From: Asterias rubens
Lineage: Eukaryota
Length of the DNA stretch: 64,000 nucleotides
Direction: 5' to 3'
Assembly: GCF_902459465.1 (NCBI RefSeq)
Contig: NC_047062.1
Coordinates: 31,434,001 to 31,498,000 of the forward strand
Position numbers and translations under genes: made by a program. Below, one piece after another: positions 45,801-59,197 of the stretch. Under the pieces are notes generated by a model. That model was given only the letters and a program-made list of their open reading frames with translations. It made no database searches and was not told where the DNA came from. The number at the start of each line of letters is the position of its first letter. The first letter of the stretch is position 1.

Positions 45801-48800
45801 CTCCCGGCCCGGCTAGCCTGGCGGTGTTGCCGGCGCACATGGGCCCAATTTCAAAGAGCTAAGCAGAAAATGTTGTTTAAAAAACTAAGCACACATTGTT
45901 CACAAATGGTACCGTATGGCAAAGTGTTTTGGTCGGGAACATTTTAGCGGTAAGCAAATTTTTTTCGTGCTTAGCTGAAAACTTACATAGATCCAGGGGT
46001 GGGGGAGGGGCAACACAAAACGTAAGACAATAAACCAAACTGAATACATTTTTCTATGTTAACCATTTTATAAGAAATTTTATAAATGGCATTGGCAATT
46101 CTTTGTATAGAACAATATTAGTAAAAATTCTGCTTGCTGTTAAAACCATTGTCTTTAAATACATACAACTTTGATCTAATTAGACATCAGATCAATAAAT
46201 AATAACTTGGTTTTCGGTTGATTGGGCAGGATCTATACAATACTTCATGTGGACATTTCTTCTTTTTTTACAGTCACAAATAAATAAATGTCATCTTTTT
46301 AAATCTTTTTTTCTTATAATAGAAAACTGCTTTGACCTCTATTTAGGTATAAATGCGGGTTAATATTTCATAATTCGAAAAGGAACAAAATCAGATGAGG
46401 TCTCATAAAGAAAAATATTTTGTCAAAATCTTGACATAATGAGGGATGGAACAAGAAATAAATACCAGAATTACAGAAACCTCATAAAGTTAAAAGATAA
46501 ATAACTAAAATCGGACAAAAATACTGAAGACCTAACGACCTCTTCTCACAGTGCGTTCAACCACCCCCCCCCCCAAAAAAAACCCCAACTATTACAAAAT
46601 TCTCTGAGAATTTATCTCACACATGTTTGCTTATCTATAATACAACAAAGTCCTTCTTTTAAAGTATACTCCTTCGGTTACATTCTCTACTCAAATTATG
46701 TCCACAACTTTTCACCCACAATTTCTTCTTTAGTCTTTCAACATGGACGCAGGAATAACACTTAATGTTAAAAACATGCAGAAAATATATAATTTTGTTA
46801 AAAGCTACTTTTTGAAAACCATGGTGTGAAAAATAGACTATTTTAATGTGGTGGAAGCTATAAGTACATAATCAGGACTTCTTATTTTGACGATAACGTT
46901 AATTTTGTTCAGTAATTCAAGTGAATATGATGACAAGAAACTCCCCAAACATTGTACTTTACTATCAGGAAAATGAAGAGCCAAATTGTTTCAGAAATGC
47001 GACTCTACGACTTTTGATTGGAAATTACTGTCTCTTTGGAGACGAGTGTCACTTTAAATACTCCTGGACCACAATTGACCAAGTTGGGTCAGAATTGACT
47101 CGGATCAGAGTCCCAGGTCGGCCGGACCTATCAGGGTCAGTGTAACCTGGAGTCAGTGTCTAAAGGACCCAGAAATGGGTCAAACTGACATAGAGTTCAT
47201 CCTCAAATCCCAATTTGTTTACCAGTTTTTCGGAAATGGGTCAGGCCAAAGATCCCCGAATTTGGGTCAAAATTTCCTCCAGGGATTTTGAAAAGATCCG
47301 AGGCTATGAAATCAATCAATCAATGATAGGATTGGTGCAGGTTATTCGCAGTATTTGAATCATCATTTGCGATGAATAATGAAAGACTAGACTGAGTAAT
47401 GCTTTCATACGGCAGTAATGAAATTGCTTCGCAGTTACATTTTGCATAAGTAAAAGTAAGTAAAAATTCTCCCAACGGAAGAAATTGTTTCTGATATAAT
47501 TAGACAAATACACTAAATTTACCAGATACTAAGTTATCTAGATTGACCATCAAAAAAGCATAGAAACTGATCAATGCCATTGGCACAGTGTGCCCTGCAA
47601 TTTCTGCCTTTTTGGGGTAGTCCATTCCTTTTGTGCACGTTTTGACACACAAAATGGCGGACTTGAGACGCGCGTGTATGTGCCACACGGTCTTACAATG
47701 TCGCGTCCAAAGCAGGACAGGGTACGGTCGAGCCAAGTATTTCTCTGTGTTCCATCTTTCATGATTGTGAGACACCGCTGTACAAACTGTGAAGAGTGAT
47801 TCAGTTTTGGTTTTGCGCAAAATGCCAGAGGAAAGTTGGCAGCTAAAGCGGATGAAAAAAGGCCATCGAGCAAGATGGCAGTGCGCAATGATTCAAGGTA
47901 TTCCATGAGCGATATGTCGCAGACCGTGTCCCCCCCATGTTCCATGTATAGACGATGTGACCTCTGACGCCACTCGAAAACCATAACATGATTCGCGCAC
48001 ATACCGCCGGGCAAAACCTTTGTTTGGCAGCCAGCTAGAAAGTACATGCAATCCTACCATGACTACGTGTCTTTTTGCTCGGCGAAACATGACGTGTACA
48101 GTGTTTTGTCAACAGAGGGCAGTTCAAATGTAATTGTAGGTCACATCGTCTACAGATGTACCCCCGAAACTCCTCAAAAGAATTCCTGAGATTTCCAGAA
48201 TACACCAAGCCACATATCGAGAACCAAAGGATGCAAAGGAACAAATTTTTAACAGCATAGGCCTAGATTGAGTACAAGACGACCAAAATGACTAAGAATA
48301 TTTATACCAGAAAAGGTTGTCGCAAAAGTGGAATTGGAGTTCGCATGTAAAGAAAAGAGCTCATGTATAAGTTGCATGTCTCACGAAAAGCTTCACCCAA
48401 GTTTCTCCTTGTAAAGTGTTTCATTGAATGACGCTAACATTTAACATTATTGCATAGATGGTGGCTACTCACTGACCAGCAATTCTATTTTTGTCTAAAA
48501 TAAATTATTTTTTATCTGAAAAGGGAAATTGTGAATTTTTCCCCTTTTTTCTTTTCTTTTTTTAAATCTGTGGAACAATCTTAGTTAAAGGTTGCTGAAA
48601 AAACTTAAAGGAACACTCCGTACTGTACAAATAAATAAAAACGTAAATATGTCCATAAATTGTACAGCTGTCCTAGCACAGCCACTGTTTAAAGAATAAG
48701 TTAAAATAACTTCTCAAATCCTCCATACTCCAGGAAGCTATCTGATTTTGGCGGATTTGGGACTGTAGGCCCAAATAAGAGTTGCTTGTCACTAGGCCAG

Positions 48801-48984
48801 GCAAACCAATGTCAGGCTATGTCCGAATTGGCTGGTACAGCTACGGCTAGGACTGCTGCTAAGGATTTTACTATACTTCCAACGAATGATCAATGGTCCA
48901 GTCATAGCTGAAGTGTAGCTGTTGTAATACTAATTTTGATGGGCTAATCACCCTTACTCACAGCTAAGAGCTGAATTGCGAAGG

Positions 48985-49200
48985 ACGCGGCTACAACGTG
49001 TTCGAGAAGCAGGCATGCAAGGGCGCCTTTGGCTGCCAGCCACATCAACCCATTATGACCAGGGTGTCTGAAAAACCCTCGTGGCACAGTACAGAACCAA
49101 TGTACAACTCAACTCACATATGACCCTGGCCGGGAATCGAACCGGGGTCACCTCGGTGAGAGGCGAGCGCTTTACGCAAAAGCCAACCGTGCCACCCGTT
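48985..49200 (-). mobile_element. tRNA-derived SINE, internally deleted copy of 34655-34905
   Basis: ccggggtcacctcggtgagaggcgagcgctttacgc is the reverse complement of the SINE head. Confidence 0.85.
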
Positions 49201-51065
49201 CTAGCCATAGCTGTAGCCATTGTCCAATTTAACACAGTGTGGAGGATTGAAGTTGCCTATGGGCAAGTAGACCTTGAGAGTAATGATCGCCTAACAGTAA
49301 ATACTGCACAAAGCTTTTACTCTTTGCTTTAATCATGTCGGTTGTAGGGTATAATGGACGGCTTCAAATGGCAAGTCGAAAGCAAGGAATCGTGTACAAA
49401 TACCGACTGATAACATGAACGTTATGGAATCTATGTGCTTCATAATACAGCACCTCAATGACACCCAGTTGAAATTATTTTAAATTTGTGTCTCAACCAA
49501 AGCCTACTCTTTGTATGAAAGGACTTTTTTGAAACCGAAATACCCAAAACCCTGAGGGGTTAAGCAAAAGTCCACCTCCTGTTTTTGAAGAAAGTGATGC
49601 AGTTGGATTTCCAACAGGCTTGATGTTTTGTATTTTAACACGATTCCTTACCATTCTACCTTGTTTTCAAGTAGCGTTTTATCTGACTGCTTTCATCTAC
49701 AGTTATAAACCCTGTTGGGGTGACTTGGATAAAGAAAGTTTTATTTCTCTATTGAACAGTCTGAGACAGCGTTGGTAATAAAGACAACAAACTGCTCTAT
49801 CAGTGATTTTTGAAAACCTTGTTTGCACTTTAAAATGACACCTGTGATAGTCTATCAACAGCTGGAAATTTGTTTCAAAAATTTACAAAATACCCTTTTT
49901 TCTCTTTTAAAAGAAAGGCATAGTTCAGATGAACATATTTATTTGAACGATGCACAAAGATTAATTGTTTTAGGGCTGCGTCACACAAAGAGCTTTTGTC
50001 CAAACATTTCGTATTGACAGTCGTGATCCTGACGTGGCAAAACCTCAATTGTTCACAACCAATTTCAGTTACAGTTTACATCTTAGTACCATTGCTGTAC
50101 CACACCTTTTTATACGACAGTCCCATCTACACAAAGCTACCTTGCAGCCACTCTGCACAACTTTAAGCAGTTTTAAGCTCCCTTTGTAAGTTACAAAGAG
50201 ACATTTTGATATCATTTCTGCACGCACAGCATGCAGACAAGAATGGCATAGGAAGTGCTACACAGAGCGAAATCTTCTTTGCATCGGGACAAATCATACA
50301 TCCATGGGACACCACAAAATATGTTCAAATCTGACCAAATTTACAACTGACTTTAGTCCCTCCTAAATATTTCTAATACGCATTTATTTTGTAAAGCGTT
50401 GCCTTCAATACATACAGACAGCATTTGTATTTTACCTTTACTTGTAATATTCTTTCTGGTGGATACGAACTTGCAGCTATCTTTTAGAAAACCATATCTT
50501 GAGATTTTTAGGTGGTTTTTCATTTTTCAACAGGAATTTTATTTGTTAAGAATTATTTTTAGTTGAGTAAGCCGCACTGAGTGTTGTAGATTTACAAGTT
50601 TTTAAAACCGTGATTGACAAACCCCGATTCTTGCTAGAAATGTTGGCCAAGCTGGTTTGGGTTTTCGTTTCTCTTTATTACTTTTTCATACTCTGAACTT
50701 TTCCGAGTGTGGAACAATCTTTGTCCATCTCCTGAGTTTCAAAACAGAGATGGCAGATCTCAGAGATATACACTGAGCATGCTGAGTTGTGAAGTTTCTT
50801 TGACTGTCAAGGACGTGAATGAGAACTAAATAGCCTAGTGTGGTGTCCCCTATCTCTTGTTTGTGTATTAATCTCTAGGGTACTTCCTTAACCTATGGAG
50901 AAATCAAAACATAAGTTCTAGCTGTGCGAGTTTCATTTGAAACGTGGCTTTCTGCCTAACAGCAAAGTCCCACATACATACATATATATATAGATATATC
51001 TGACACCACCAGTTCTTTAAAGAAAGGACTGCAAGCAAGCAAGCAGTAACTAGGACCCTTGAAGG

Positions 51066-51510
51066 GTGTCGTGGCCGAGCAGTTTATGCATCAGACTCAA
51101 GTTTTAGTTGTTTAGTCATCAGAGTTTGGGTTCAAATCCTGGTCATGATACTTGTGTGCTTGAGCAAGAGGCTTTACTGTATTTGTTTCTAGTGCATTGG
51201 ACTCTAGTTCTGATGGACAAGTCATCGGGGTTTGGTACGAATCCTGATCATGACCCTTGTGTTCTTGAGTAAGACACTTAACTGCAAATGCTTCTCTTCA
51301 CCTAGGGGTAAGTGGGTACCTCCGAGGGCAGAGATGGTTCGTGTGGTTGATTTAGCTTAGTGCGCTACATGTTTGGCAGCACAGGCTGTATACTCCCCAG
51401 GGAGCTGAGACAGTTTAAGCAATGATATAAATGGCCCAGTGACCAGGGGTTAATAATGTTGGGAGCGCCTTGAGCATCACTGAGTGGTGGATTTGAGCGC
51501 TATATCAGAG
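51066..51510 (+). mobile_element. CORE-like SINE with duplicated head, downstream of the TTBK stop (likely 3' UTR)
   Basis: gtgtcgtggccgagc...gggttcaaatcc...cttgagcaag, then a second head, ending gagcgctatat. Confidence 0.75.
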
Positions 51511-51916
51511 TTACCACATCTCTTATTTTGCATTATTGTTTTCCAATAATCAAATCTAAAGCAACACCAAGGGACTCGACAAATCTTGCACTCTAGATCA
51601 TGGCTCAGGCTTTTCTAGCCATTTAAAACTGACGCACCATTAGGGAAAACTGTTCTGAAATGGTATTGATGATCATAAGCCGCAGCCAGTACAAGAACTG
51701 TGGCTTGAAGCCAGAGCTAGTACAGGAGACGTTGCTTGGGAAAGGCTCTCAAGGTCTATTTCCGCTTGGATTGAACTTTTTACTCCAACACATCATTTGT
51801 TAATCAAATTCGTTAATCGAACCATCTGGTGTCAGATATATATATATATTTATATATATTTTTAGTCAACTACTTTACAGACCTGCCCTAATGGTGACAC
51901 CGGTTCCCAACTGGTT

Positions 51917-52004
51917 CTAATGCACGTTATCAAAGGGATCTTTCTCATCCCCGGTATCCGGCAGGGAAGATGTATCCGATGGTGCAACCCGGTAGCGTCT
52001 TCGT
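51917..52004 (-). CDS. TTBK: Tau-tubulin kinase terminal exon
   Basis: tttgtttcctcag|A CGA AGA CGC TAC CGG GTT...CAT TAG, phase 2. R|RRYRV continues the TTBK motif PKPP...RxRRY(K/R)V (recalled). Confidence 0.85.
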
Positions 52005-52088
52005 CTGAGGAAACAAAGAAAAAAAAGATAAAATGAGTTAAAAAGTAAAGTTAGAATATTTGTTGAGATTTTCTATTTCTATTATTAA

Positions 52089-53635
52089 GGGAAGGTACAT
52101 GTTTGGTAATTACTCAAAACAAATATTAACTTAAAAACTGACTTGGTAACAAGCATTGGAGAGCTGTTGATGGTATAAAACATTGTGGAAAACAACTCCC
52201 TCTGAAGTAACATAGTTTTTGAGAAAGAGGCAATTTCTCACTAAAAAAATAAAAGACTTCTAGCTAGAAGTCTTTTATTCCTATCTGAAAGCACACAAAT
52301 TCGTCCAACAAGGTTTTTTTTTCTTTCATCATTTTCTCGCAACTTTAATGACCAATTGAGCCCAAATTTTCACAGGCTTGTTATTTTATGCTTATGATGG
52401 GATACACAGAGAAGACTGGTCTTTGAAAATTCCCACATGGTAAATTCCCTTCCCTTTAAAGGCAAAGTAAACTTTTGGCTTTTTGAACCGTTTGATTGTT
52501 TTAATCCTATATAAAGAGATATTGTACACAAACAGCCTTACATCTGAAAATTTGATTTCAAAAGGTGGTCACATTTTTGGGATATGGCAGAAAATCTGAA
52601 GCAAGTATGTCTATGCAGGAATACACAATCTGAGAAGCGTTATGCGTGAACACTTCTCAGATTCAAATTTTGGGGAATAAAAACATTTCTTTAAATCCAT
52701 TGGACACTTTCGGAACAGAAAACAATTAAAAGTTCACAGATTTACAAGTAACTTACAGGGTTTACAGAAGGTAATGGTGAAAGACTTCTCTTTAAATATT
52801 ATTCCATGCTTCACTTTTTGAGAAAACATTAAAACAATATCAATTCTTGATGTCGAAAATTTCGGATTTATTCTAAACACATGTCATGACACGGCGAAAT
52901 GTGCGGAAACAAGGGTGGGTTATCCCGTTATTTTCTCCCGACTCCGATTGAGCAGGTTTGTTATTTTATATATGTGATACACGAAGTGTGGGCCTTGGAC
53001 AATACTGATTACCGAAAGTTTCCAATGGCTTTAAGGTAAAATGTTTCTCAAACTGCTTTATACTATCAAATGCTGCTGTAGGCTTGCAGCGTCGACTTAG
53101 ATTTGATCAACTTTTATAATCTTTTATACCCAAACTGTGCTATCGTGGAAACAAAAAACAGCGAGATATTCTATAGAACCTTTATATCTGCACCGTGTCG
53201 ATTTGAAAGTTATCAGTTGTAAATGTTTAGTATTTCAATTTTGTGTACCTTTTCATAATTTAATTCAGTGTGTTAAAGGGAAAATATTCCTTGGTTTTTG
53301 GAACAGTTTGATTTTGTTTAATCCTATATAAATGAAGATGTATACAACAAAAGTAAAAATTTAATTTCAAAAGGCGGTTAGGTTTTTGAGATTTGCTGAC
53401 AATCCGGAGAAATATTGTCCATGCAGGAAGAAAAATCAAGCATTGGAATACTGGAAGCTGACAAGCATCACTGACAGTAATTCTTCTCAGATTCAAATTT
53501 TGGGGCATAAAAACTTACAATGTTTTTACATCTTGAAATGCTTACTACTATCGAAAGCTGCTGTAGGCTTCTGAACCAAAACTTTGTGTTGCCATTAATG
53601 TGAAGAGTGATTACCAAACAAATACCTTCCCTTTA
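52089..53635. mobile_element. Stack of chained and nested TTAA-flanked MITEs filling the TTBK last intron
   Basis: TTAA|GGGAAGGTAC at 52089 to TTCCCT|TTAA|AGGCAAAG at 52455-60. A nested element at 52695-53030 (ATCCATTGGACACTTTCGG / CCGAAAGTTTCCAATGGCT) is flanked by TTAA. Ends accttccct|ttaa. Confidence 0.75.
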
Positions 53636-53743
53636 AGCACCTTTTTAAACACATCGTGCATGATTATGGTGCTTTGTAAATGTACTATTACTATTATGAC
53701 AACTACTAAGGTCCTTGAGTGATTGACTCATAAGAAAACTCAC

Positions 53744-56700
53744 CTCCCAGCAAAGACTGCTTTCTCAGGTGGTCTCATCGGTGGTTTAGGATGGATGTTT
53801 CCATGGGAACTGCCAGTACCGGAAGACGATTGGCTATCCTCCGGAATGACCCTAGACACTGATTGAATATGTTGATCGTTCAGTGCGTCATGGGGTACAT
53901 CACGGGGCGTATCCCGAGGGGTGTCACATAAATCTGGTGTTGCATCGTTCGGTAGAGACACTGACGTCGTTGTGAGAGCACCATCCGTCTCACAGGGAAA
54001 GAGATGCAGATGCTTCCTCTGCCTGTCTCGCTGACGTGAAGCGCAATCACCGGGGTGGTCTCGGGCTCTGTCAGGATGACCCTGAGTAGACGGGACATTC
54101 CTGAGATCATTTGCGTCATTGATCTCATGACTTCTTGGGACCCTTGGCGAGGAAACCGTCTCTGCATTCCTGAGAGGAGCACTGTGGGAGCTGCTCGGTG
54201 CTGCAGTTGCTCCTAGACGTTCCTGAGTTGGCGGTCTGTCGCCCTCCTTTGAGGGACTCGTTGGGCTGATATTCCTTGGTGAGGTAGGAGGGAGAGCTCC
54301 ACGGCTCCTTGTACATGCCAACTTTTCACGACGGCGACGTTGCCTCGGAGTCAGTGCTTCCCAGGCCAGCCGTGACTGGGAAAAGGAACTTTCACTCGGT
54401 GGTGCATCTTCGAACCGGCCGTGAGATGCGACAGAGTCTGTAAAACTTTCCTCATCAATGGATGAAATGTGCTCACCAGAGGAGCTCGATTTCATTCGTC
54501 GTCGTTTTCGCTTTTCAGCATCAGAATGTACGAAGCTCATGAGGTGGGCCTCTTCCGATTTGAGAGCCTTGATACGATCACTTCCCTTGTGAAGTCCAGA
54601 TGAGCTACCTCGTCTTTGAGGACTGGCAAAGACATCCAGCTCACCATCGTCTACAGCATCCTCCTTTAGCTGTGCCTGACTGGCCTGCTTCCGTGCAAAA
54701 GCAGCTCGGAGAGCCATAAAATCAGGATCTGTCTTGTGGCGAAGGCGGCGCAAGGCAATAGGAGAGAGGCCTGCTTTAGGGTTTGTTGGAGACCCCCTGT
54801 CCTTGTCTTTGGCTTCCTTTTCTGGTGACAACATACCAACTTTCTGTTCCCTTATTAGTTTTGAGGTTCTTGACCTGCTACTCTCTGGGTGGGAAGAGTC
54901 CTTCAAATGTTCAGTTTTCTGAACACTTTCATTTAGTCCTTTTGTTCTCCTTGCAATCTGCTCGTCGGAAAAGCTCTTGACAATCTTCTGCGGATTTTGT
55001 TTGGAATGTGCCAAGAGTCCTTCTTTCAGTCTTGCAAGTGTGGTGTCTGTTGCATCTGTGATTCTCTTGGCGTCCTCTCCTCGGGTTTTGTCCCCTTTCA
55101 CCTGCTCCTCATCCTCTGAGAAAAGCAAAGGTGTCCTCGAGGTATCCCCTGTCGACGACACTGGAGAGGGAGTCAGTGGCGAGGGAGTAGCACATTGGTC
55201 TGGACTTCGGTCTTCAGTAATGTCACCGTTAATGGAAGGCTCAAATACTCTAACTTCTGGCAAGACATTAGAATTAGACCCTGTCTGCTGTTTCTCTTCG
55301 TTTTCCGTTACTTCCACCTTTTGATTCTCCTCAAGACCCGAGCCAGCTTCTTTCCTTGTGTTTTGCATGGTCTTGGGCGTTGAGGTGGACAGCGACATTT
55401 GGCCTTTGTCTCCGCGGACACTGCCTGTTGGAGTAGCTGGTCCAGCCTGACTGTCCTTTAGAGTTGATGTGCAGGAGCCGTTGCTGTTCCAATCTGAGTT
55501 GGAACTTGCCACAGACACCTTCCTCACATCAGTCAATATTTTATGCTCAGGTGTGCCAACCTGTTGGGTGACTGCAGCTCCCGTTGATGGCACTTCATTA
55601 GCTTTAGGATCTTCCTCTTTGGAGTCCTCAGTTTTCTCCAGCGAAGGGGTGGCTTCTTTTTCTTGGTTTTCGGTTTTGTTTGGGATGGCGTTCCCTGCTA
55701 ATGTTTTCTTGAGTATTGGTTTCTTGGTGAACACCAAAAGACTTGATGGCCTCATGATGGCTCTTGCAGACTTTGAGTCTTTGCTGGTATTTGATGCCTT
55801 CTTAACGAGTACCTTTTGCTTAGGTCGGAGCTCAGGTTTATTTACTTTCACCGGGTCTTCCTTCCTGACAGACGTACTGATGTCGAAGAAGAAGCTTGGC
55901 TCCTGCTGCTGCGTGGCACAGTCAGAGTGATCAGCGTTCACAACATCCTCCTGAGACAAATCCTGCATGATCGCAAAGGTGCACGAAGGCTCCACACTAA
56001 GTATTTTAATCTCAGCCTCCCCACAGGAATCCTTGCTTGAAGGTGGAGGTGATTTGACTGTTACTTTAAACTCCTGAGTTTGTCTGAGCTGTATCGACTG
56101 GACATTCTCCGACTTGAAGCTGCTATCATCTATTGTATCAGATGTCGGATTAGAAGCAATACGGTGTCGGTTAATATTTGGAGAATGTTGTTGGATGCCC
56201 TCAACACTGGTTCCTGTTGTCCTGTTTGGGGATTTGTCTTGCCGCAAGCGGTGACCGAGCTTATTCTGCAGTAATATCTTCGGCACCTCAGGAAGCTTAC
56301 GGGCCTTGCCCAAGGAGCCTTTCCTCTGAATTGGACTCCCTGATGGCTGCCCATTGGTTGGACTTTCCTGTTTGATTACAGGTGAAACCATTGCATCCTC
56401 TCTTGCAGTCTTCTCCTTCTTTATTGGAATACTTGGCAGTTGGCGAGCTCGAACAGGCCCTCGACCTTTTCGCTCGCTTCTCCCAGAGCCTCCAGACACC
56501 GTTTCACTCTCATCTGTTCTAGGAGTAACAGACCTTGCCTTCTCTACTCTCTTATGGCCTGATCGGTGCTTTCGCTTATGCTCTTCCTTGTGCTCCTCCA
56601 CGGGAGTCTCGTTTGGTCTGGATGCTTCATTTGGCATGGTTTCTAATTCCAGTGGTGGGACAGAGTCAGCAGTAGGCCCGTTCAGTACTTCAGTCGACTG

Positions 56701-59197
56701 GAGTACCTGCTTGGTCTGCTTCTCTACTGTCCCATCAATGTCTTGCATCCCCATGAGAATGACCTCCATTTCCTCTCTGTCCATTGCTGGTGTTCTTGGG
56801 GGTAACTCCTCAGAGGAATGTTCAAGTGAAGATGTGGTCCTTTCATGGCCCCGGTTGGCCTCTGTTTTCCTCTCATCTCCATTAGCTACCTCATCTCTGA
56901 TAGGTCTGGCTGCCTTATGCTCCTCCTCTAAAGAGAAGGGAGTCAGCGGACCTGTATCTGGATTGTCACTTTCGAGTTTAAGTCTCTGCTGGATATTTTG
57001 TCTCCCTTTGTCATGAGGAAGGTCCTTCCAAGATAGATGAGAGCCCAGTACCTCATCTGTTCTTTGGTTGGCCGTATCTTCAGTCTGTTTGGGAGAAGCA
57101 TTTGGGTCTTCTCGGACGGCAAGTTTTGCTAGGCGAAGCTCCTCCTGTAAACTGCTCTCATTTCGCCCAGCATGTTTGCTAGTCAGATTCATGGATTGGA
57201 TACTAGGTTTGATCTCCTGCTTTGGGGGAGGCTCTGGTTCATCCCAGGAGAATCCTCCAAGAAGCTCCTCCATAGCAGCACGATCAGGACTCCTATCCAC
57301 GATTTGATTAGCATTCTTATTCAACGCCTCCAGAATTTTCTCTGGCGATTCTCTACTGGAGTTGCTTTTGTAAACAGGCACGTTGATTTTCTGGTTGCTG
57401 AAAGGATTACTGTTGACTTGCTCCGTCGATTTCTTGACCTCATCCAAATGAACTTCCAGGACTATTTCATCAAGGTCTGTTTTCTTTTGGATTGCACTAC
57501 TTTCCTTTGGAGCAGTCTGATTGCTTTGAATGTTAACAGTTTTAGACGGTGTTGGCTCGTTTATAAAAAGTTCTTTTTGAGTGGTCGGTTTTTCCTGTTT
57601 TGCAACCTCTTGAGTTTTCTGAACTTCCCCATTTTGAAGGGGTTTTGATGTCTTCAAGGCTGGCTGTCCTGTCTCAATGACCTTCACAGGCTGGGCAATC
57701 AACTGTTTGGTCTTGAGAGGAGCTATGGTAGGTTTAGCCAGAATGACACCAGGCACTTTGACCTTGTTGATTCCGGTGAAGGCGAGTTTCCTGACTGGCT
57801 CCGCCTTTTTGTTCCTTTCTTTGATGGCATCCATGACATATCCCTGAGGTGCTTGTTTGAGGGGTTTCTTCGTTTCAACAACATCCGCTTTCTTCTCTGG
57901 TGTTTTCTTTGCTTCTGTTTCTTCTTTAACTAGTGTTTCTGTCTCTTTCTTATGGCAAGTATCAGCTTTTTTGTGTAAAACATTGACAGGCTTCGGCTTT
58001 TCATACAGGTTTCTGTCGTGACTTTGAGCACCAATAATTACATTGACTGGTTTTGGGAGATCCTGAGGGGCTGGAGGTCCTTTGGATACCGCTTGCTTTT
58101 TGGGCGTAGCACCTTCGTTAGGTTTAACAAGTTCAGATTGCTTAGTTTGAGGCTTCGTAGGGTCTGGTTTAATATCCACATCCTCGCTGCTGACCTTTAT
58201 GAGAGGTGTATTCTCCAATCTAAGACAGACTTCTTGTTTAACTGCTGTTGCAGCAGGTTCTGGTTCCTTCACAGCAAGATTAGGACCCAGTCTTGGAATT
58301 CTGGTAACAGTTTCCGGTTTCTTGGACGCTTTATCTACCTCATCAAGAGAACCATCTTGTTGTAACCCATCGCCAGAATCCGTCTCCGGGACACTTCTGT
58401 CTCTGTCCATCTCTTGTAGCCTTGTAATAGCCGTTGGACGAAGTTCATGAGCACTTTTGGGGCGGTTTAAGCTGTCTGGCTTTTGCATAGTACCAACTAG
58501 CGGTGGGGTGTTCGTCCTCCATTGAGGCGGTTTAGACTCCTTGATACAAGGGATAGTCTTAACAGTCAGTTTGCCCTCTGCACCACACTGTGCTTCAGGC
58601 GGCAATTGCACTTGTTGCCCCGTCTCTGCAAATGAACGGGCTGGTAAAAGCTTGCTGCTGAGCCCTCCAACGAGGTGCTCCTCCAGGAGTGAGGGATCTC
58701 TCTCGCTCACTCCGAATCCTTCCCTGAAAGTGCTGACCTCGCCTTCCATGATGGCGTGGCTGTCATGAGCCCGAAGTCGCTTGGGTTTCCGTCGGTGCAG
58801 CATCCTCCTTCTCTTACTCAACGTCCGTTTACTCTTCTTCGGAGAGTCTTTCTTCTCGTTCTCCTTGTTATCAAGAAGGACCTCCCCTTCTTGGGCCTCC
58901 TGGCCGTCAACACCTTCTCTTGATCCACCTTCAGGTGAATCTCCTCTTTCAGATCCAACGTTGTCATTCTCATCAGCGTTCTCGTTGGCTTCTCCATCTT
59001 CATCTTCATCATCTTCTTCATCATCTTCTTCATCGATCTCCTTCTCAGCATCTCGCTTCTCCTGACTCTCGTCAACTTTCTCTTTGGCGTCAGCGACGTC
59101 GACACCCTGTACTTCCACTTTAGCATCTTTTATGTTGTCATGGAAACTAATGTTTTCTTCTAGCACTATGTCTGTGTTTGCCGGTGGGATTTCAGGA
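53744..59197 (-). CDS. TTBK: Tau-tubulin kinase giant exon (5,454 nt), low-complexity C-terminal tail
   Basis: Acceptor cttgcattttcag, donor AG|gtgagt, phase 2-2; contains the 1808-aa ORF and is in frame with the kinase exons. Confidence 0.92.

Noticed and set aside
53880-59126. Many 60-220 aa ORFs on other frames or the opposite strand within the TTBK giant exon
   Set aside because: Shadow ORFs expected from codon bias of a long real exon; no motifs or splice context.
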